Of a stretch of DNA of 64,000 nt, positions 57,665 to 64,000 are shown in pieces. The notes beneath the pieces are model-generated. The model was not told where the DNA came from. It saw only the letters and a program-made list of their open reading frames with translations, and searched no databases. Source of the DNA: a virus. The stretch lies in IMG/VR virus record IMGVR_UViG_3300008113_000016, positions 1 to 64,000 of that record, one strand, 5' to 3'. Within the stretch, counting starts at the first letter, position 1. Every line of letters begins with the position of its first letter. Position numbers and translations under genes: made by a program.

Positions 57665-60600
57665 ATGGCACTAGATAGAGTACCATCTTATTTAATCAAG
57701 GGCGATGTAGCGTTTAGCCCAATTCAAGCATTGCTGGACCCAGTTAGCAAACTGCGTGTATCAACACCAGAGAACCTAATTGATACAGACTTCGAATATG
57801 GTCTTCAGACCACTAAGTGGGAGACTCTTGAATTAGTTAATAATATTCCAACATTCTTCAACCGTGCTGGTGACGACCCAATTGCATTTAATACTATTAC
57901 AGGAACTAACGGAACAGACGTTATTTTAGTAAACTGTCTTGCAGCACATAACCTAACAGTTGGATCTCCAATTATTGTTCAAGGTTTAAGATCAACATCT
58001 GCTGAAGGTGCTTATGTTGTAACTAGAGTTGTAGATGCAAATAATTTTGAATACAAGGCAAAAAGAACACAGACAGTGACTCAGCAACTACACGACACAT
58101 ACACATTGGTTTTTCCAGGACAACTTTATCAGGGTACACAGTACAGACTAGATGCATTGGGAGCAATTCATACAAATGGTGCAAACCCATCAACAATTAC
58201 AGTTGATACAACAGACCCACACGGTTTTGCGGTAGGAACTAAGTTCCTTCTAACAAACTCTGTATCTAACAAGGTCCTTTCTTTCTCAGGACAGGGCATT
58301 GATATTGCATCAGACATTGCATCAACAAAGGTAACCGTTGCAAACAACTTGGTTTCAGGAGCAACTGGATATCAAGAATTCAACACAATACCTTACGATT
58401 GGCAGGGAACACAGTCTTTATTCTTTAAGATTTCAAACATTGATCTAAACTTAAATAAGTTTACATTTTTGACAGTTCATGGATTGGCAAATAACGATCA
58501 GGTTATGTATGTTTCTCCTATTGGAGACAACGTTGTTGGAGGTCTTGTAAACTATGCAATGTACTATGTTAAGAAGTTAACAGACTATGAGTTCCAACTT
58601 ACAACAACATTTAATGGTTCAGCGATTGACCTTACTACAAACCCAAGCATTACTTTTGGTCCACACGCATTCTTTAGAGCCTACAAGGTTCAGCAAGTAG
58701 ATAGCGTAACTAACGACACATTGATTTTAGAAAATGCTCCAGTGTTTACAACTGGTGCAGAAATGTTTTGCTTTACATCAAACTCAGCAACTGGTGGTGT
58801 TGCAGCAACTACTACTGGAGGAATTGCAAACATTTCTCTTTCAGTAAACAACTTTAACCCAGTAAACTATGACAAGCATATCGCTGATCAAGTTGACGCA
58901 CCAAATAGAAGATTAAGACTTACTAGCCCTTCTGGTGCAGTAAGAGATATTATTAATACAAACGTAAATGGATTTACATGGTTGGTTCCATCTGTAGATA
59001 TTACAGAAAGAGATTCTATTTATGTTCAAAACCACGGCTTTGTTAACAATGATATTCTTCTACTTACTTCTGCACAGACACCTCCAGGTGGTTTGTCTAA
59101 CGGAAGCATTTATTTTACAGAAAGAGTTTCTAATGATAGATTCCGTGTAAAGGGAACCAAAGCAGGTTCTACCATTCAACTATCAAGCGTTGGAACTGCT
59201 ACATTAAACTGGGCACTTCGTAAGCCAAATGCTAACGTAGATACTGTTTTCTCAACAGCACATGGAGTTACAGATGGAACACAGTTAGTTTATAACAATG
59301 CTGGTAACCCATCAATTGGTGGTTTAACAAACTCAACAACATACTATGCATACAAGTCAGATGCAAATAGATTTAAATTAACAACACAAGCATCTAACCC
59401 AATCATTAACTCATACACATTTGTACAAAATACTTCAAATATCAACTTAACTTATGCATATGTTGAACTTGGTCAAACACATAACTGGACTACTGGAGAT
59501 GCTGTAGAGTACAAGTCTTTGTTTGAAGTTGATGGAATTATTGATTCTTCAATTTACTATGTAAGAGTTTGGACTTCATCACAGTTCTCTTTATACTATA
59601 CTAAGGCAGATGCACTTGCTGGATCTTCAAGAGATGTTGCTCTTGGAACAGATCAGCGTGTAAGATTTACAGGAAGCCCAACTGGAGACGGAACCTTTAG
59701 AAAGGTAGACTTCGTTGACCTAACATCTCAGGCTGCAGGAACTCACACATTTAACGTAATTAAGGAAGGTGGAGCAGACGATGTTTATGAAGTTGCTTCA
59801 GTTCCTACAATTAATACATTTACACTCGCTTCATCTTCACAACTAGATAAGCGTTCATTTAACTTTAACCCTTCAGACTCAGTGGACCTATATAGAGATG
59901 CAATTTATCTTCCAGGTCACAAACTATACACTGGAGCACCTATTGACTATACAGTTGGTGGTTCAGGAACGGCAATTGGTGGATTAGTTAACACAACAAG
60001 ATACTATGTCATTCGTGTAAGTCGTGACTGGATTGAACTTGCAGAAACACCAGACCTAGCCAAGGCTAAGATTGCAATTAATCTTAACTCAATTGGAACT
60101 GGATCATCACATAACTTCCTAAGCCCATCTGTTGCTGGAGAAGTTTTTGGTAATGGAACTGTTGGAATTACAGTAGGATCTAACCTTGTAACAGGAACTA
60201 ACACAAACTTCCTAAACTTGTTTAAGATTGGTGATATCTTTAAGGTTAACATTAACCAAGATAACCCTACAATTACTGTTGCTCAATCAGGAACAACTGT
60301 TAACACAACAACATCTGTGATTACGTTCAACTCTCATGGATTTGTTAACGGTGAGGCAGTTAGATATAACTCTGCTGGACCAATTGGTGGTTTAACAGAT
60401 AATAATATTTACTATGTTCGTGTTACAGATGCAAACAATTTCTCTTTGCACGAAAGTCCAGATGGAGCAAATAACAACAACCTTCGTTTAATTCTTACTA
60501 CAGTAGGATCTGGAAACGGAACCTTTAATAAGTTTAATAACGGATGTACTTTTGAATCTAGAATCACTGCTATCAGAGATAAGACTAGACTTGTAGTTGC

Positions 60601-62842
60601 AGATAATGTTCCTTCAGTTATCTTTAACAAGCCTCTTGGAAAGAGTGCTGTTATTACTAACAAAGTTTTAAGCACAAATAATGCTACTTTAACAACATTG
60701 GTTAACCATAACTTTGTTAACGGAGATCAAGTAGTAGTCACTGGAGTTGACTCTACATTTAATGGCACATACACAATTACTGGTGTCACTGGAAACACAT
60801 TTACCTATACAAAGGTTTCAGGAAACGTTCCTTCTGCATCAGTTATTCCAAATGGTTTTGCAGCACAAAATGCAAACACTGTTTCAACTCTTAACTATGT
60901 TCAGACAACAGCATTGTTCGTAAAGGCAGACGGATTTGCAATTCATAGACCATACGATGGTGGTGTAGAACTTATTCCAGCAACAAACCCTGACGCACAA
61001 ATCATTCGTCAGACAAGAAAGTACTTTAGATACCAGTCTGGTAAGGGTATCCAAGTTTCTTTTGCAATTAACTTTAGTGCTCCAACAGAAATCACAACCT
61101 TAACACGCAATAGCGGTAGCAACATTGCAATTGTAAAGACTGTTAACCCTCATAGAATGAGTAGCGGTGTAAAGATTAAGGTAGAAAACGCAGTTGTATC
61201 TGGTGGAACAAACTACTGGAATGGAAACTTTACAGTAGATACAGTCATTGATGATTATCAGTTTACATACAATATGCTTGCAGAGCCTGTTGGAACAAAG
61301 GCTCAAGGATTCCCTCAATTTGCTGTTAGAGAATGGCAGAACTCAAGACTTCGTTGTGGATTGTTTGATGATCAAAACGGTATGTTCTTTGAGTATGATG
61401 GTCAGTACCTATATTGCGTTAGAAGATCTAGCGTACAGCAGTTGTCTGGAAGAGTACAGACAACATTTAACAGTGCTAAGATATCTGGAACAGACACATC
61501 ATTTACATCTCAGATTGCAGCAGGTCAAATGATTGTAATCAAGGGTCAGTCATACAAGGTTGTTGGTGTAGATAATGATACAACAATGTATATCCAGCCA
61601 GTATATCGTGGTCAATCATCTACAAACGTAGTAGTAACAAAGACTATTGATACTAGAACAACACAATCACTTTGGTCAATTGACAAGTGTGATGGAACTG
61701 GTGTTACAGGATACAACCTAGACATTAATAAGATTCAAATGGCTTACATGGACTACTCATGGTACGGTGCTGGTAAAATTCGTTATGGATTTAAGGACCA
61801 ACTTGGAGAAGTAAAGTATGTTCATGAGTTTAAGCATAACAACATCTTCACAGAGGCTTACTTCCGCTCTGGTAACTTGCCAGCACGTTATGAAGTAATC
61901 AATACTGGAACACCAAACTATGTTCCAAGCCTTAACCACTGGGGTACATCTGTTATTATGGATGGAGAATTCCAGCAAGACGATGCATACTTGTTCACAG
62001 CAGCAGGTAACATTATTACAAATACAAACGCAACTACTGCTACATTTACAGCACAGATTGCAGCAACAACACAAAGAGCAACAAGATACGATCCAACACA
62101 GGGAAGATCTGTTCCAGTATGGAGAATTGAAGCAACTACATATTCTGCAGTTCGTAACATTCCTTCTGGAACTCCTTTGGTTAACGCTACATACCTACAG
62201 GCTGGTACAAAGACAGTAGGATCTGTACAGCAGTCTGGTTCTGTTGGTTTCATTTATATTGATAGAGCACCAATCCAAGCGATTGGAACAAACCAAACAT
62301 TTACATACGGAGACTCTACAGAACTACCAGCATTGATTCCTTTGGTTTCAATTAGATTGGCACCTTCTGTAGACAACGGAACAACTGGTGTTCTTGGTTC
62401 AAGAGAAATTATTAACAGAATGCAGTTAATTCTTAACAGCGTTGGTATCCTTACTAACTATGATGCTGAAATCAAACTGCTACTTAATGGTATCCTTGAT
62501 AACTCAGATTGGCAGAGAGTAACATCACCTTCACTTAGCCAGGTGGTATACCATGCATCTGGAAACACAATCACTGGAGGAACGCAGATTTATAACTTCC
62601 GTGCTCCAGGTGGATCTCCAGAAACAGTAGGGTCTTTGTCAAGACGTGTTTCTAACGCAACAACATTTAACTTGAACGAATTGGTTAACATGGGTAACTC
62701 AATCCTTGGTGGTGACGGTGTATATCCAGATGGTCCAGACGTTCTTACAATTGCAGCAACCGTTGTAGATCTTATCGGTGTGGGTGCGGATAACCCAATC
62801 TCAATCACTGGTAGACTATCATGGTCAGAAAGCCAAGCATAA
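57665..62842 (+). CDS. large multi-domain virion structural protein with repeated HG[FL]..G..V.Y...IGGL....YYV modules
   Basis: 1725 aa; KLRVS.P..LIDTDFEYG.Q.TKWE, RQT.KYFRYQ.GKG, YSWYGAG.IR core. Confidence 0.75.
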   Translation: MALDRVPSYLIKGDVAFSPIQALLDPVSKLRVSTPENLIDTDFEYGLQTTKWETLELVNNIPTFFNRAGDDPIAFNTITGTNGTDVILVNCLAAHNLTVGSPIIVQGLRSTSAEGAYVVTRVVDANNFEYKAKRTQTVTQQLHDTYTLVFPGQLYQGTQYRLDALGAIHTNGANPSTITVDTTDPHGFAVGTKFLLTNSVSNKVLSFSGQGIDIASDIASTKVTVANNLVSGATGYQEFNTIPYDWQGTQSLFFKISNIDLNLNKFTFLTVHGLANNDQVMYVSPIGDNVVGGLVNYAMYYVKKLTDYEFQLTTTFNGSAIDLTTNPSITFGPHAFFRAYKVQQVDSVTNDTLILENAPVFTTGAEMFCFTSNSATGGVAATTTGGIANISLSVNNFNPVNYDKHIADQVDAPNRRLRLTSPSGAVRDIINTNVNGFTWLVPSVDITERDSIYVQNHGFVNNDILLLTSAQTPPGGLSNGSIYFTERVSNDRFRVKGTKAGSTIQLSSVGTATLNWALRKPNANVDTVFSTAHGVTDGTQLVYNNAGNPSIGGLTNSTTYYAYKSDANRFKLTTQASNPIINSYTFVQNTSNINLTYAYVELGQTHNWTTGDAVEYKSLFEVDGIIDSSIYYVRVWTSSQFSLYYTKADALAGSSRDVALGTDQRVRFTGSPTGDGTFRKVDFVDLTSQAAGTHTFNVIKEGGADDVYEVASVPTINTFTLASSSQLDKRSFNFNPSDSVDLYRDAIYLPGHKLYTGAPIDYTVGGSGTAIGGLVNTTRYYVIRVSRDWIELAETPDLAKAKIAINLNSIGTGSSHNFLSPSVAGEVFGNGTVGITVGSNLVTGTNTNFLNLFKIGDIFKVNINQDNPTITVAQSGTTVNTTTSVITFNSHGFVNGEAVRYNSAGPIGGLTDNNIYYVRVTDANNFSLHESPDGANNNNLRLILTTVGSGNGTFNKFNNGCTFESRITAIRDKTRLVVADNVPSVIFNKPLGKSAVITNKVLSTNNATLTTLVNHNFVNGDQVVVTGVDSTFNGTYTITGVTGNTFTYTKVSGNVPSASVIPNGFAAQNANTVSTLNYVQTTALFVKADGFAIHRPYDGGVELIPATNPDAQIIRQTRKYFRYQSGKGIQVSFAINFSAPTEITTLTRNSGSNIAIVKTVNPHRMSSGVKIKVENAVVSGGTNYWNGNFTVDTVIDDYQFTYNMLAEPVGTKAQGFPQFAVREWQNSRLRCGLFDDQNGMFFEYDGQYLYCVRRSSVQQLSGRVQTTFNSAKISGTDTSFTSQIAAGQMIVIKGQSYKVVGVDNDTTMYIQPVYRGQSSTNVVVTKTIDTRTTQSLWSIDKCDGTGVTGYNLDINKIQMAYMDYSWYGAGKIRYGFKDQLGEVKYVHEFKHNNIFTEAYFRSGNLPARYEVINTGTPNYVPSLNHWGTSVIMDGEFQQDDAYLFTAAGNIITNTNATTATFTAQIAATTQRATRYDPTQGRSVPVWRIEATTYSAVRNIPSGTPLVNATYLQAGTKTVGSVQQSGSVGFIYIDRAPIQAIGTNQTFTYGDSTELPALIPLVSIRLAPSVDNGTTGVLGSREIINRMQLILNSVGILTNYDAEIKLLLNGILDNSDWQRVTSPSLSQVVYHASGNTITGGTQIYNFRAPGGSPETVGSLSRRVSNATTFNLNELVNMGNSILGGDGVYPDGPDVLTIAATVVDLIGVGADNPISITGRLSWSESQA

Positions 62843-62851
62843 GGAGATAAA

Positions 62852-63364
62852 ATGCCTACACAGACGCAAATCTTATTTAAGAGAAGCAACACAAGTGGTG
62901 CAGTTCCAACAACAACACAGTTGTCTGCTGGAGAAATTGCAATCAATTCTTATGATGGAAAAGTTTATTTCAAAAGAAGTAATGCTCAAGGAGACGCAGT
63001 AATTGAATTTGTTACTGCTGGAAATGATGGAAAGATTAATCCATTGTATTTGCCACCACAAAGACTACAGCAAACTTATGTTGTAGGTAGCCAAGGAGCA
63101 ATGACAGCACTAAGTTCTGCAATTACTGGAGACCTTGCTGTAAGAACAGATCAAGGTAAAACATATATTTTAGGTGGAACTGGAGATTACTCTATTTTAG
63201 GAAACTGGGTAGAGTTATTATTTGCTGCAGCAGCCGTTAACAGCGTTGACGGAAGAACTGGAGCGGTAACTCTGACAGACAAATACGCTGGAATTTCAGC
63301 ATTTGCCTCACTTTCACAACTTGTAGATGATACAATAGTAATGACATTAATGGGAGGATACTAA
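62852..63364 (+). CDS. fibre-associated protein with Mtd-N-like N-terminus
   Basis: I.FKRS...G.VP....L..GEIAIN..DGK.Y.K. Confidence 0.7.
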   Translation: MPTQTQILFKRSNTSGAVPTTTQLSAGEIAINSYDGKVYFKRSNAQGDAVIEFVTAGNDGKINPLYLPPQRLQQTYVVGSQGAMTALSSAITGDLAVRTDQGKTYILGGTGDYSILGNWVELLFAAAAVNSVDGRTGAVTLTDKYAGISAFASLSQLVDDTIVMTLMGGY

Positions 63365-63367
63365 AAA

Positions 63368-63670
63368 ATGCCAACAACACAAAAGGTACTGTACAGAGGA
63401 GTAGCACCAACAACAAACGGTACTCTTTATACAGCAGCAACAACTGGGGGTACTGTAATTACAAACATTATTGTAAGCAATGCCTCAGCATCAGCAGGAA
63501 CATTTAACTTTACCCTAGACGGTATTGTTTTTGCACAGTCAAGTGCTGTTCCAGCAAATGGTTTTGTTAACTTTGATATCAAGCAAGTTCTACCTAACAC
63601 AAAGACAATTGCTGGATCTGGTTCATCAACATCAATTTCATTTCATATTTCAGGAGTAGAACTCTCCTAA
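63368..63670 (+). CDS. small virion protein (beta-sandwich)
   Basis: LYT......VITNI.V.N, I.FHISGVE. Confidence 0.65.
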   Translation: MPTTQKVLYRGVAPTTNGTLYTAATTGGTVITNIIVSNASASAGTFNFTLDGIVFAQSSAVPANGFVNFDIKQVLPNTKTIAGSGSSTSISFHISGVELS

Positions 63671-64000
63671 TGCCAATTAATACATATCCTGCAAATGCTG
63701 GTGATCATTTTCATAGCGGTCAATACATTCAGAGCAATGGTGACGTTATGAACGGAACACTTCTTTTGAAGTCTGTTAACACAAGGTCTGTAAGTCTTGG
63801 AACAGTTAGCGGATCAGTAAACTTGGATATGGCTCAAGGTAATGACTTTATTGTTACCGTAAACGGAGCAACAACCTTTAATTTTACTGGTGTAACTGCA
63901 TCAAATGCAGTTCTAGGAACATTGGTTCACTCAGTTGGTCTACAACTTATTAATGGTGGAAACTTTACAATGTCTTTCCCTGGAGTAAAGTGGGCTGGAG
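63670..64000 (+). CDS. fibre-like protein, truncated by window end (not in ORF track)
   Basis: ATG overlapping previous stop; MPINTYPANAG...VNLDMAQGN.F..TV.GATTF.F......GG....SFPGVKWAG open to window end. Confidence 0.7.
   Translation, partial: MPINTYPANAGDHFHSGQYIQSNGDVMNGTLLLKSVNTRSVSLGTVSGSVNLDMAQGNDFIVTVNGATTFNFTGVTASNAVLGTLVHSVGLQLINGGNFTMSFPGVKWAG

Overview
Contiguous 64-kb segment of a large, low-GC (roughly 35-40% by eye) tailed dsDNA phage with siphovirus-type morphogenesis genes, almost entirely on the + strand. Order: class II ribonucleotide reductase, secreted lytic transglycosylase, head module (portal, HK97-type protease with nested scaffold, major capsid), connectors, major tail, frameshifted tail chaperones, tape measure with M23 peptidase, tail-tip genes, then a replication/recombination block (DnaB, primase, SSB, DnaE, MazG, RecA, Cas4-like, RuvC-like), terminase, tRNA-Arg(UCU), radical SAM/SPASM, thioredoxin and a second cluster of fibre-like virion proteins. 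Gene content plus TGn-extended -10 promoters with leaderless starts point to an actinobacterial host (inference). The most striking locus is 27836-36338. A 2278-aa tail protein carries about 10 PASTA domains, an IPT/TIG domain, mucin-like TTTTTTAAP linkers and a shuffled set of Cys-rich mini-modules. It is followed by a PASTA + catalytically dead Hint-domain protein and a GT60-like (polypeptide alpha-GlcNAc transferase family) glycosyltransferase, suggesting phage-encoded mucin-type O-glycosylation of a peptidoglycan-binding tail appendage. A candidate structured ncRNA lies at about 53660-53765. All family assignments come from motif recognition by eye; no database searches were run.
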